Of a stretch of DNA of 47,261 nucleotides, positions 18,638-27,847 are shown piece by piece (the stretch's first letter is position 1; each line of letters begins with the position of its first letter). The DNA lies in the NCBI GenBank assembly GCA_046482545.1, contig JAWOEX010000042.1, positions 1-47,261 of the forward strand, read 5' to 3'. Both the position numbers and the translations under genes were made by a program. The notes below the pieces were generated by a model that was not told the DNA's origin, made no database searches, and saw only the letters and a program-made list of their open reading frames with translations. This stretch comes from Candidatus Thorarchaeota archaeon. GTDB taxonomy: Archaea; Asgardarchaeota; Thorarchaeia; Thorarchaeales; Thorarchaeaceae.

Positions 18638-19474
18638 CTAATCCACCTTCGCTCCAATCTCTTCTTTTGCTTTAGCTAATGCATGTTCCATATAGTCTGC
18701 CGTGTCTCTAAGTAGTTCAAGCTCAGTAAGGTCATCAGGTCTTATGAGATACAGCCATCCCTTGTCATATGGGCTCTCATTGACGAGCTCAGGACTATCT
18801 TCAAGCAATCCATTGACCTCCACAATGGTTCCTGACAAAGGAACTATGATCTCAACCAGAATCTTTGTCGATTCCATGGCACCAGCATCATCGAATATAT
18901 CCACATGGGTGTCGGGCTTAGCCAGCTCCACGTAATAGACATCAGACATCATTTGCTGTAGAAAGTCCGAGGCGCCTATCCGAACATGTTCTCCTTCAAC
19001 GCGGGCCCAGAAATCGTTATCAGAATACTTCAGCCCCTTCGCCACTTTGAGAGTAAACTTGTCAAACTTCTCTTCCAAGTATTCTATTTCGTGCGAAGAC
19101 TCCTCGGTAACCATCTCCGACTCTGCGGATGCCTGCCCTTCAAACTGCTCTGTTACAACTTCAGTTACTGATTTGACTTTCTCTTCGAAGTCCTCGACGG
19201 AACCTACAGACTCAGGAATTGAAATGACTACAATATCCTCTCGTCCGCGTGCACGTACAAGTTCTGAAGCGCAGTTCGTTCCACAGCCATCAAGACAGAT
19301 AATGTCTGAGGTCCTATAATCACGCATCTCGCCAGGACGTTCGCTAAAGAGGGCTCCCATACTTCCGACTACTACATCATCATGATTCTTTGCCAAGCGT
19401 TCTGCAACAGCCCTCGAAATCTCTCCACCCGGTCGATCATATCCTGCACACGGAATGATGTATTTTCGCGCCAC
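18638..19474 (-). CDS. DGC domain fused to glycine-cleavage-H/lipoyl-carrier domain
   Basis: N-terminal IPCAG..LDGCGTNCA. C-terminal LKYSDNDFW, RIGASDF, MESTK (lipoyl Lys), PLSGTIVEVN and PELVNESPYDKGWL. Confidence 0.9.
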   Translation of the reverse strand: MARKYIIPCAGYDRPGGEISRAVAERLAKNHDDVVVGSMGALFSERPGEMRDYRTSDIICLDGCGTNCASELVRARGREDIVVISIPESVGSVEDFEEKVKSVTEVVTEQFEGQASAESEMVTEESSHEIEYLEEKFDKFTLKVAKGLKYSDNDFWARVEGEHVRIGASDFLQQMMSDVYYVELAKPDTHVDIFDDAGAMESTKILVEIIVPLSGTIVEVNGLLEDSPELVNESPYDKGWLYLIRPDDLTELELLRDTADYMEHALAKAKEEIGAKVD

Positions 19475-19485
19475 TCTATATCACC

Positions 19486-19794
19486 TCACTTGCTCCGTTC
19501 GGCCTTGATAATCTCGAGAATATCCGCCTTTGAAGGGAATGAAATCGCATCTTTCGGACACATCTTCTTACATGCCGTACAGAAAACCACGCAGTTGTAG
19601 CGATTCTCAATAGTGACTTGCAATGGGTCCTCATGAGATTTGTAAACCCGGTGCGGACAGAACTTCAAACAGTCGTATTCACCATCGCATCCATCGCATT
19701 TCTCGGTATCTATAGTTGGCCACCAAGGTATTTTCTTGCGGTCAACACCCATGAACGTTGTATCTGGTCCCGAATCACTCGACGTCATATCCAT
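19486..19794 (-). CDS. 2x[4Fe-4S] ferredoxin
   Basis: IPWWPTID, CDGC..CLKFCP and CVVFCTACKKMCP. Confidence 0.9.
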   Translation of the reverse strand: MDMTSSDSGPDTTFMGVDRKKIPWWPTIDTEKCDGCDGEYDCLKFCPHRVYKSHEDPLQVTIENRYNCVVFCTACKKMCPKDAISFPSKADILEIIKAERSK

Positions 19795-20176
19795 GATCTT
19801 TCAACTCCTCTGTTACCGTCTCAATAGCTTCCTCAGTAGTCATTTCACGCACGTCGATTGGTACTAGGTCCTTTTTGACATCCATCCCTCGTTTCTTGAA
19901 TGCATCTCGAAAGAGCTTGTACTGCATTATAGGCGCACAACCTGCAACGAAGACCTGCTGCCCCGGTTGTAACACGTCTTCCAGATAGCGGTCTCCATCC
20001 TTTTCACACAATTGTGGGTGGATAACGCCGTGTTCCACTGGAAGAAGCATTCGGACGGTGTTAATGAAGTCCCAGATATCCATCTTCTCAAATCCAGGAC
20101 ATTTACCCGTACACACACACATGATGAATGCAGGTTTCTCAGAGCTCAAGTCTACAGCCTCGTTCAGCCTTATCAA
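19775..20176 (-). CDS. stand-alone HdrA N-terminal-like Fe-S domain protein
   Basis: CVC..., QLCEKDG, VFVAGCAP..KLFR and IDVRE align with the HdrA N-terminus (CxC, YCSDPG, VVAACSP..FR, NLRE). The true start may be the TTG of L-S-S-E-K. Confidence 0.75.
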   Translation of the reverse strand: MIRLNEAVDLSSEKPAFIMCVCTGKCPGFEKMDIWDFINTVRMLLPVEHGVIHPQLCEKDGDRYLEDVLQPGQQVFVAGCAPIMQYKLFRDAFKKRGMDVKKDLVPIDVREMTTEEAIETVTEELKDHGYDVE

Positions 20177-20196
20177 ATATCGTTATATTTCGATAT
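20177..20196. promoter_or_regulatory. palindromic operator upstream of the HdrA-N/DGC/GcvH operon
   Basis: ATATCG-N8-CGATAT in an AT-rich promoter region. Confidence 0.5.
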
Positions 20197-20495
20197 ATCA
20201 ATGTTTCCTTCGCGCATTCTTTTCCTCGGAAGAATTTACGGCATTCTGGACGCAGTGAAAAACACCATGTTGAGTACCGATTCGGATTGTTATGGATCAT
20301 CGACCAATCCATGTCTACAGAACCGAATAAGAGCGAAACAGGTTGTGTACGGACTATCTGCTGAAAGCTATACGGCTTTGATTTCCTTGAGTGAACTGAC
20401 CCTCTATCTCACTCTAGCAAAAATTGAATGCCATTTTTATAGAGCAGATACATTAATACATCCTAGAGTACTAACACAGGAGAAGTTGGTAATCG

Positions 20496-21101
20496 ATGGC
20501 AGAGAGGTCGAACAAGGGCTACTTAATTCGATTCAACGCTGAGAAAACCATGTTTCCAGATATATGCCCAGTTTGCAACGAACCAACAACGACTGTCGGA
20601 ACGATTATCGCCTCAAAGTCAAAAGGTGGAGAGAAGTTCGACAGAGAATGGGCGGCACCAAGTAGCTTTGGCAGAGCATTGCCTTCAACACGTCATACCC
20701 GCCGTTCCGGTCCTGCATCTCTTAGGATGTTTCAGATTCCTACATGCGAAGACCATGCCTATTCTGAAGAGGAAACAGGTAGGGCCAAGGGTGTATGCGT
20801 TATTGTTAATGGCCTCTCGATTCTGGGCTTGCTATTTGTCGCCTCGCAAATAGGATTTCACCTCATTCAAGGAATTCCTGTTCCCCTCTGGTTGTATTTG
20901 CTGATGGCGTTGGTCATAGTACTGCTGATAGCCACATATAGAGGCCTTGGTTCAAGCGAGCTAGAGAAGGCGATTCGAATTGTCGATTATACTGAGGAGG
21001 GATCGACCGTTACCGTCAGGATTCGAAATGAAGTTTACGCCGAGGAATTCATTCGGTCCAACCCTCATGCCACAGTAGTCAGAACCCCCAGAAACATGTA
21101 A
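20496..21101 (+). CDS. Zn-finger-like (CPVC...PTCEDH) two-TM membrane protein
   Basis: CxxC and CxxH pairs followed by two hydrophobic helices. Confidence 0.75.
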   Translation: MAERSNKGYLIRFNAEKTMFPDICPVCNEPTTTVGTIIASKSKGGEKFDREWAAPSSFGRALPSTRHTRRSGPASLRMFQIPTCEDHAYSEEETGRAKGVCVIVNGLSILGLLFVASQIGFHLIQGIPVPLWLYLLMALVIVLLIATYRGLGSSELEKAIRIVDYTEEGSTVTVRIRNEVYAEEFIRSNPHATVVRTPRNM

Positions 21102-21314
21102 CTGTCTCTGTCAGAGTTAGCGATTTAGTCCAATCACCGGCTATTTGGACAGAAACAGTGTACTAGGGGTTAACTTGGTTACTATGGTTAACGCCCGAAA
21201 TAGAAGACGATTACAAGACGACAAACAACTGCCACCACCCCAGCTAGAACTCGCAGGTGTCGTGCCAAGTGCTAATTGATTCTAAGCCCCATATTGTTGA
21301 AGACAGGTATGCTT

Positions 21315-21928
21315 CGGCTGAAGGTCCTCGAAGAGTTACGTGATTCGTTTGAACCCTGAACAGATGAATATTACAGGAGATATCTCCAGTTTGTCAACCT
21401 TGAGGGTTTTCAGTCTATCTTCTTTCTGCGTTTGGCCCTGAATCTAGCAGCCTTTTCCAAAGCGGCGGAGTAGAATGGAATCAAGTAAATCCCTTTTGGT
21501 TCAATTTCGGTGCAGCCCCGCGACGAGTTGTTGCAGGGGCGATTTGATTACGAACCTGGGGATTCCCACTTGTGAAAAGTATGCGTATTCAACAGGGGAA
21601 ATAAGCAGTACTACATGTGTCTGTGTAACGCTCAATACGTTCTCACTTCTGTTTTCCATTTTCGATCTTATGTTTGTAGTAACTAGATCCAGCTTCCTCC
21701 ATCGGATCCAAATCCCTCTTCGGGTTCTTCTTCCCTTACATTGGTGACCATTCTAATGGTGGCATTGTACCGTTGGTTTGGTTCAAATGAGTTTCAGAAG
21801 GCATTTGAGATAGTTCATCATAGAGAAGATGGTTCCATTTTACGGTAAGAATGATCAACAAAAGCTAGGCTCAAGAGTTTTTTCTTTCTAATCCGCAGTA
21901 TCCCACACTAGTTGGTACTAGCATATGA
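21315..21928 (+). pseudogene. decayed tandem paralogue of 20496-21101
   Basis: Colinear fragments RSSKSYVIRLNPE, IPTCEKYAYSTGE..CV and LYRWFGSNEFQKAFEIV..AQEFFLSNP, broken by frameshifts and stops. Confidence 0.8.
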
Positions 21929-21964
21929 GTATGGCAATGCTTGTATGAGCAGTTCGATAAACAT

Positions 21965-23629
21965 CTAGTTGACTATATTTGCTACTGTCCCGATAGCCCT
22001 TGTATTCGCTTCTCTGAGCACAATCTTGTCACCGTCCGAAATCGCCTCCGGTCTGAACAAGAACTCAAGTTGTACACGTGCAAAGTCTCCAACAGAAAGA
22101 AATTCTGCATCATAGATCTTCTTGAGCTCAACGCTTTGTTGAATTGTGTTACACTGAAGGACTGGAGTGTAGCCTTCGGAAATTCTAGTCGGATGACGCG
22201 TTACTACAATTTCGGCTTCGAAAGTTCTACAGGGCTCATTAGAGTCACCTGGATCAGCAAGAAGCTGTCCCCTGCGAATAGCATATTTGTCCACATCTTT
22301 GATGTCAATACCAAACATATCACCGGGCTTTACGGCGTTTACTCTCTTCTTGAAAACCTCAATTGAACCTACTCTGCCTTCTAGCTTTTCCCCACCATTG
22401 TTCGGCACGACAACAAGAGGTTGACCAGCCTTGAAAACCCCTGAACGAACAGTACCAGTGACTACTACGTTGGTGCCTCTTATGCCGCGGTACACTTTGT
22501 CAACATATGCTTGAGCAGGTTGTGTCAAGTCACCCTCTTCGGAATCAAGCGGTAACGTGCTCAACAAATCGGTAAGTAAACCGATGTTTTGCATGTTCTT
22601 GCATGACACTTCGACTACTGGAACTATAACTCCATGAGCCATCTCTTTCGTTGCAGTTTCTACGTCGTCTTGTTCTTGAATGGAAACAGGGATGCCCCCT
22701 ATATCTTTGATAGTCTTTCGCACAACTCGGTTTACAAGTTCAAGCTCTTCCTTGTCGACACTATCAACTTTCGATACAACAACAATGAATGGAATCTCTT
22801 GCCCCGACATGAGTATCATGTGTTCTCTAGTTATCTTGTCCAACCGTCGTCGGCTATTTCGCATTTCCTCTGATTTTATCAAATTGGCTTCATCTTTTGC
22901 TGGAACTAGGATAATGCCATAGCTTGCATCTCCTCCGAGAATGCTTCGAATCATTGTCTTGCTATACTCTTGATGCCCCGGAGCGTCAGCGAACATCAAT
23001 ACTCTCGCTGAACGATCAAGAGCTCTTGCCCATTCTGCCTTGTTGAGTGGGTTATGTAGATGGATGGGTTCGCCGTCACGTCCAAACCCCAGAAACGCCA
23101 TGTGTATATCAGCGGTTTGGCCTCGGGTTATCTCTTGGGGATGTTTAAGAAGGAAAGACCTAGCCTTCCCACTTCCATCATCTGCCTGTCCGGTTACAAG
23201 CGTACCAATGAGTGTGGATTTTCCGGAATTAACTCGTCCAGCCACAGAGATAGCGCAACTCTCTCTTGTCTCTGTATCTGCTAGACGCTTCAGCATATAT
23301 ACGCCAACCATTCCCTCCGGCGTCTCTACTCGGGTTTCTTCGATAATCTCTACTTCTGCCTTTTCACAGATTTGTTTCAGTATTGCCTCTGAAGATTGCA
23401 GCGCTTTCTCACTGAGCCCGTAGATTTCCCAATCTTTTCCGTCGATATCTTCGATTCCCAGTAGAAAGCGCCCCTCGAATGGACTCTCGCAGGTCATGTA
23501 CCGGATTCGGGATATCAATCTCTGTAGACGTTCCTTCCTCAAATCAGATTTAGTAAGTCTGCGTTTGAACTCAGTATTGTCTGTTTCGCCCATGCGGACG
23601 ATTTTCAACATATCAGCAGGTTGGGTCAT
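21965..23629 (-). CDS. GTPBP1/2-like translational GTPase (EF-Tu/EF1A superfamily)
   Basis: N-terminal GETDNTEFK..LLGIED domain; G1 GRVNSGKST, G2 EITRGQT, G3 DAPGH, G4 SKVD; domain II/III beta-barrels. Confidence 0.88.
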   Translation of the reverse strand: MTQPADMLKIVRMGETDNTEFKRRLTKSDLRKERLQRLISRIRYMTCESPFEGRFLLGIEDIDGKDWEIYGLSEKALQSSEAILKQICEKAEVEIIEETRVETPEGMVGVYMLKRLADTETRESCAISVAGRVNSGKSTLIGTLVTGQADDGSGKARSFLLKHPQEITRGQTADIHMAFLGFGRDGEPIHLHNPLNKAEWARALDRSARVLMFADAPGHQEYSKTMIRSILGGDASYGIILVPAKDEANLIKSEEMRNSRRRLDKITREHMILMSGQEIPFIVVVSKVDSVDKEELELVNRVVRKTIKDIGGIPVSIQEQDDVETATKEMAHGVIVPVVEVSCKNMQNIGLLTDLLSTLPLDSEEGDLTQPAQAYVDKVYRGIRGTNVVVTGTVRSGVFKAGQPLVVVPNNGGEKLEGRVGSIEVFKKRVNAVKPGDMFGIDIKDVDKYAIRRGQLLADPGDSNEPCRTFEAEIVVTRHPTRISEGYTPVLQCNTIQQSVELKKIYDAEFLSVGDFARVQLEFLFRPEAISDGDKIVLREANTRAIGTVANIVN

Positions 23630-23820
23630 TTCGGGCTCTCCGGGTTTCTAACGATCTTAATTAGTTGTATGATATTTTCTTTGGTCAGTTCAATTTACTC
23701 GCCACCTAAGTGTGCTTCGGTCTTTGAACTAACGTATTCCTACAGGGGACACATGGTAATTCCATATCCATAAGAGGGTCTTTATACAGGCTATAACAGT
23801 TTACAGTTGGTACTTGTAGA

Positions 23821-24270
23821 ATGAATAAACAACTGAAAATCTATTGGGCGAACGCTCTTTTCTCTGAGGCCGACAGAAAATTCAATGAACGCTGCACAGA
23901 GAAACTACGTTCGGTTGGATATCAAGTTTTCCTACCACAAGAAACACCATTCACATTTGATGAAAATCCTAGCAATGAAGAAATCTACGAAGCAGATACA
24001 AAAGCCCTTCTAACCAGTGATGTTTTGGTTGCATGTGTTGACCAGTTTCCCACAGATGCTGGTGTAGCTTGTGAAATCGGAGTTGCTTGCAGAGCTCAAA
24101 TTCCGATAATTGCCCTTTGCACAGACATCCGTGCCAAACGTACTGGTCCAGGAAAGATGTACAAGAACCAATATGTGCTCGGGGCCATCGAAAAACATGG
24201 AATGATAGTTTATAGTGTCGATAGTCTCCTTTCCACTCTCCGCGAAATTCAGAAATCACTGACAAAGTAG
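23821..24270 (+). CDS. nucleoside 2-deoxyribosyltransferase family protein
   Basis: KIYWANALFS, VFLPQE, D..AL..SD and DAGVACEIG. Confidence 0.88.
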   Translation: MNKQLKIYWANALFSEADRKFNERCTEKLRSVGYQVFLPQETPFTFDENPSNEEIYEADTKALLTSDVLVACVDQFPTDAGVACEIGVACRAQIPIIALCTDIRAKRTGPGKMYKNQYVLGAIEKHGMIVYSVDSLLSTLREIQKSLTK

Positions 24271-24387
24271 TCATGCATTGGACATAGTCTATCAACGAAG
24301 GATATCCCTTTGCAGTTGACTGAAACCGAAGCCTGTACGAATCCTTTTTAGAAGAAATGTGTGAATGCTTGAGACAAGGGATAAACG

Positions 24388-25071
24388 TTGAAATTGATTG
24401 GGCAAGACGAATTTCTGGATATAATAAACCGTTTCATATCAGATAGGAAGGCAGTATATGCTGATATCAAGGAAGATAAGGAACTAGGTGAATACTTTAT
24501 TGCTTCATTGTTTGGGACCATCATCTTTTCAGCAATCTATGGGTTAGTCATGGGTGTGTACGCTGGTGGAATCCAAATACTCTACGACGCACTGAAAATC
24601 CCGATGCTCCTTCTCATAAGTCTCTACGTGTCCCTACCAACCTTCTACGTGTTGAATGGCATTCTCGGTGGTGACATGACCTTCCGCCAAATTGTAGTGC
24701 TGTTTATGGTGAGCGTAACCACAATGTCGACGATGCTTGTTGCGTTCATGCCCGTAACGCTATTCTTCACCATCACAACACCTGAACGCGGTTTTGCAAG
24801 CTATACGTTTACCGTTTTATTGAATGTGATGTTTTTCGCTGTTGCTGGGCTGACCGCTGTTGTCTACCTATTGAGTGGGTTTAGCCATATTCACGGTGAG
24901 AACAAGCGATGGATTTTAGCGGTTTTAATTGGTAGCTGCGTTCTGGCATTCGTTGGTACCCAGCTGGCTTGGGTTTTGAGACCTTACTTCCATATGTCTT
25001 GGAAATTCATCAGACCTCCAAGCGGGAACTTCTATGTAGCAATATTAGAACTCCTTCTACGATATCTGTAG
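24388..25071 (+). CDS. conserved multi-pass membrane protein (Yip1-like topology)
   Basis: About 5 TM helices; ALKIP..LPTFY and VGTQLAWVLRPYF. Confidence 0.75.
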   Translation: MKLIGQDEFLDIINRFISDRKAVYADIKEDKELGEYFIASLFGTIIFSAIYGLVMGVYAGGIQILYDALKIPMLLLISLYVSLPTFYVLNGILGGDMTFRQIVVLFMVSVTTMSTMLVAFMPVTLFFTITTPERGFASYTFTVLLNVMFFAVAGLTAVVYLLSGFSHIHGENKRWILAVLIGSCVLAFVGTQLAWVLRPYFHMSWKFIRPPSGNFYVAILELLLRYL

Positions 25072-25452
25072 AGTGGCTTAGGAGGGTCTTTGAGATCTAG
25101 GCATCGGGCAAGTTGAATCTGCTAAACTATTCTTAGCAGCTTGGAATCATCTATCATGTACACGTTCTCAGAGATTTAGGCCATAAAGATGGGTTTTCCC
25201 AGACCACACCAGAGGATAAATCAGTAACACCGAGTTGTTTCATGCTCATAGGAATAAGAGATATACCGCTATCAATACCGCCCCAAGAAGCTTGTGCCAC
25301 AAACCAGTGGACCTCAATCTCAGATTCTGCAATAATGTAGTATTTCCTGTAGGAGGAACGCGGTCCATAATGAGTATCATCCTTCCCATCTCTTTTGATA
25401 GGCAAAAAGCATTATTGAGTATGAAAAGTTGTGTAGTAACAGTGAATCGCTA

Positions 25453-26067
25453 ATGCGAAACGACGAGCCCACCGGTTTCTACAGAATACTGAAACAGCGA
25501 AGAAGTGTACGCAAGCTATCTGGAGAAGTCACTCAAGAACAAGTCGAAAAACTAGTTCATGCTGCTTCGATGGCTCCATCTGCGCACAATAGTCAACCTT
25601 GGCGCTTCTTCTGCATTGAAAATCAAGAAAAGAAGGAGTCAATGCTCCAGCAAATGAGCTCCGCTTGGAAAGAGGATTTGATGAGTGATGGTTTCACTGA
25701 GCATCAAGCACGTGAGACGGTGGAGAAGTCTCAGAACAATATTAGGGCAGCCCCATGTCTTATTCTAGTGTGTCTCACAATGGTGGAAATGGAATCGTAT
25801 CCGGACGCATCTCGACAGTCGGCCGAGTATGTGATGGCGGTTCAGAGTACAGCCGCGTCCATCCAGAATCTGTTGCTTGCAGCCGAGGCGGAAGGCTTGG
25901 GTGCATGTTGGCTGTGTGCACCACTTTTTTCCAAGCAAAGAGTAAAGAGAAGCCTAAATCTGCCAGATCATTTTGAGCCTCAGGCGTTCATTATCTTGGG
26001 TGAGCCCGATGCACAACCAAAAACGCCCTACCGAAAAGATATCGACGAGGTTTTACACTTCGTGTAA
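25453..26067 (+). CDS. nitroreductase family protein (FbiB C-terminal-like)
   Basis: RRSVRK, APSAHNSQPWRF, YPDASRQSAE..MAVQS and GLGACWLCAPLF; adjacent to cofD and cofC. Confidence 0.85.
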   Translation: MRNDEPTGFYRILKQRRSVRKLSGEVTQEQVEKLVHAASMAPSAHNSQPWRFFCIENQEKKESMLQQMSSAWKEDLMSDGFTEHQARETVEKSQNNIRAAPCLILVCLTMVEMESYPDASRQSAEYVMAVQSTAASIQNLLLAAEAEGLGACWLCAPLFSKQRVKRSLNLPDHFEPQAFIILGEPDAQPKTPYRKDIDEVLHFV

Positions 26068-26102
26068 CTAATATATCACCAAGTTGAGGTTCTTTTGACA
26101 CG

Positions 26103-27062
26103 GTGGAGAAGATTGTGAAGGTTGTAACCTTAAGCGGCGGAATTGGTGGTGCAAAGCTAGCACTTGGATTGTACAAGGTGCTTGAGTCAGACGAGCTTAC
26201 TGTTATCGCTAACACAGGAGACGATATTGATATTCTCGGGCTTCACGTGTCTCCTGACTTGGATATACTCATGTACACGCTTGCTGGGATAGTCGACACG
26301 GATAAAGGATGGGGAATTCAGGATGATACATTTAATTTCTTGAATACAATACACAATTACTACGGAGGGCCGCAATGGTTCAACCTAGGCGATAAGGACC
26401 TTGCAACCCATGTCCTACGTACCAAAATGCTTCACGAGGGAAAGCCGCTCAGTCAGATTACAAAAGAGCTTGCCGTCCGCATTGGTCTAGACGATATGGA
26501 CCTCTTGCCCATGACCGATGATGATGTTCAAACACACGTTCGGGTTAAGGATGGCTCATGGATTCATTTTGAAGAATATTTTGTGAAGCTGCGCTCAAAG
26601 AAGGACATACAAGAAATAGAGTATGCGGGATCACAATCAGCGAAACCTGCGGAAGGGGTATTGCGGGAAATTCGAGCCGCCGCCGCTATTATCATCTGTC
26701 CAAGCAATCCGGTGGCTTCCATAGGGCCAATTCTATCTCTGAATCATATCAGAAAGACAATATCAGAAGCTGATTGCCCGGTAGTCGGAGTGACTCCGCT
26801 TATCGGAGGAAGGGCGGTCAAAGGACCCACTCGGAAGTTCATGGAAGCAGCAGGATTTGAAGCGACTGTCGGAGGTGTAGTCGACTATTATGAAGGCCTT
26901 CTCACTCATTTTGTACTTGATTTAGTCGATGAATCATGGATCGATTTTCTCAAATCCCGTGGTCTACATGTTCTTACTACCAACACTCTAATGAAGACAA
27001 TTGATGACAAGTGCAGACTCGCCGAAGAAATCCTGGCTTTTGTGGCACAAGATTTGCCATGA
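26103..27062 (+). CDS. cofD: 2-phospho-L-lactate/PEP transferase CofD (FbiA)
   Basis: LSGGIGGAK, NTGDD, SPDLD, WFNLGDKDLATH, HFEEYFV, PSNPVASI and VKGP. Confidence 0.95.
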   Translation: MEKIVKVVTLSGGIGGAKLALGLYKVLESDELTVIANTGDDIDILGLHVSPDLDILMYTLAGIVDTDKGWGIQDDTFNFLNTIHNYYGGPQWFNLGDKDLATHVLRTKMLHEGKPLSQITKELAVRIGLDDMDLLPMTDDDVQTHVRVKDGSWIHFEEYFVKLRSKKDIQEIEYAGSQSAKPAEGVLREIRAAAAIIICPSNPVASIGPILSLNHIRKTISEADCPVVGVTPLIGGRAVKGPTRKFMEAAGFEATVGGVVDYYEGLLTHFVLDLVDESWIDFLKSRGLHVLTTNTLMKTIDDKCRLAEEILAFVAQDLP

Positions 27063-27148
27063 AGAGAAGATATCGGGTGAAGTGTTGTAGATAATTCGTC
27101 TCTTCGAAATCTTGAATAATACAGGTACAAAAGATTGGGTGGATTTCT

Positions 27149-27847
27149 ATGAAATCTCAAGGCGACGGTACGAAACTCTCTGAACAAGAAGAGGTGGTTG
27201 CGATTGTACCGTTGAAAGAGCTCCGGCAGGCCAAGTCAAGGCTTTCTCCAGTTCTGAAGGGAAAACAAAAGGAACAGTTCGTTTTGTCAATGATGACAGA
27301 TGTCCTCGCAGCACTCCGTAATTCAGAATATATAGGCAGAATTCTGCTTGTCACGAGAGAAGAAAATATCGAAATGCATCTTGATTTTCAAGGAATTGAC
27401 ATTCTAAGCGACTCTGCTGATAGAGATCTTAACAGTGCCTTGCATACTGCAACCACTCACGCGGCAAGACTCTATGGTGAAAAACCACTCATTGTCATTC
27501 CAGCAGATGTACCGCTCATTAACGAATCAGACATTGATACAATCATTTCCCGAGGAGGAGAAGGTAGCCCCTTTGTGGTTGCAGCACCTTCCCACAATTG
27601 GGGGACAAATGCTCTGCTCAGGAACCCCCCCGCCGTTATTGATGCAAAATTCGGCCCCTCGAGTTTCAAACAACACAGGAATTCAGCTCATCAAAAGGGA
27701 ATTCCTTTTCTTGAGTATCATTCGCCCAGAATAGCCCTAGATATCGATACTCCCGACGACATAAAGGCCTTTTCGCAGAAATCAGGTGATAACGCAACGA
27801 GTCGATTCCTGCAGGAATCAGGGACTATCCAATCCTATTTCAGCTAA
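27149..27847 (+). CDS. cofC: phospholactate/PEP guanylyltransferase CofC (FbiD)
   Basis: VPLK..AKSRL, DLN, ADVP, GTNAL, FGPSSF..H and DIDTPDD. Confidence 0.93.
   Translation: MKSQGDGTKLSEQEEVVAIVPLKELRQAKSRLSPVLKGKQKEQFVLSMMTDVLAALRNSEYIGRILLVTREENIEMHLDFQGIDILSDSADRDLNSALHTATTHAARLYGEKPLIVIPADVPLINESDIDTIISRGGEGSPFVVAAPSHNWGTNALLRNPPAVIDAKFGPSSFKQHRNSAHQKGIPFLEYHSPRIALDIDTPDDIKAFSQKSGDNATSRFLQESGTIQSYFS

Noticed and set aside
17564-20176. Selenoproteins via UGA read-through (prompted by SelD and several TGA stops)
   Set aside because: The TGA stops fall at natural C-termini or gene overlaps, and the motif Cys positions, including that of SelD, are ordinary Cys codons.
20012-20542. Longer shadow ORFs (for example 20012-20542, 1871-2308, 21941-22366, 30971-31375, 45230-45658, 46957-47211)
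   Set aside because: They overlap well-supported genes in another frame or on the other strand and carry no motifs.
21965-23629. SelB/EFsec or Schlafen-type defence GTPase
   Set aside because: The N-terminal domain and overall architecture fit the GTPBP1/2 family.
25154-25405. 83-aa minus-strand ORF
   Set aside because: TTG start with no clear SD and no recognisable motif; cannot be supported.
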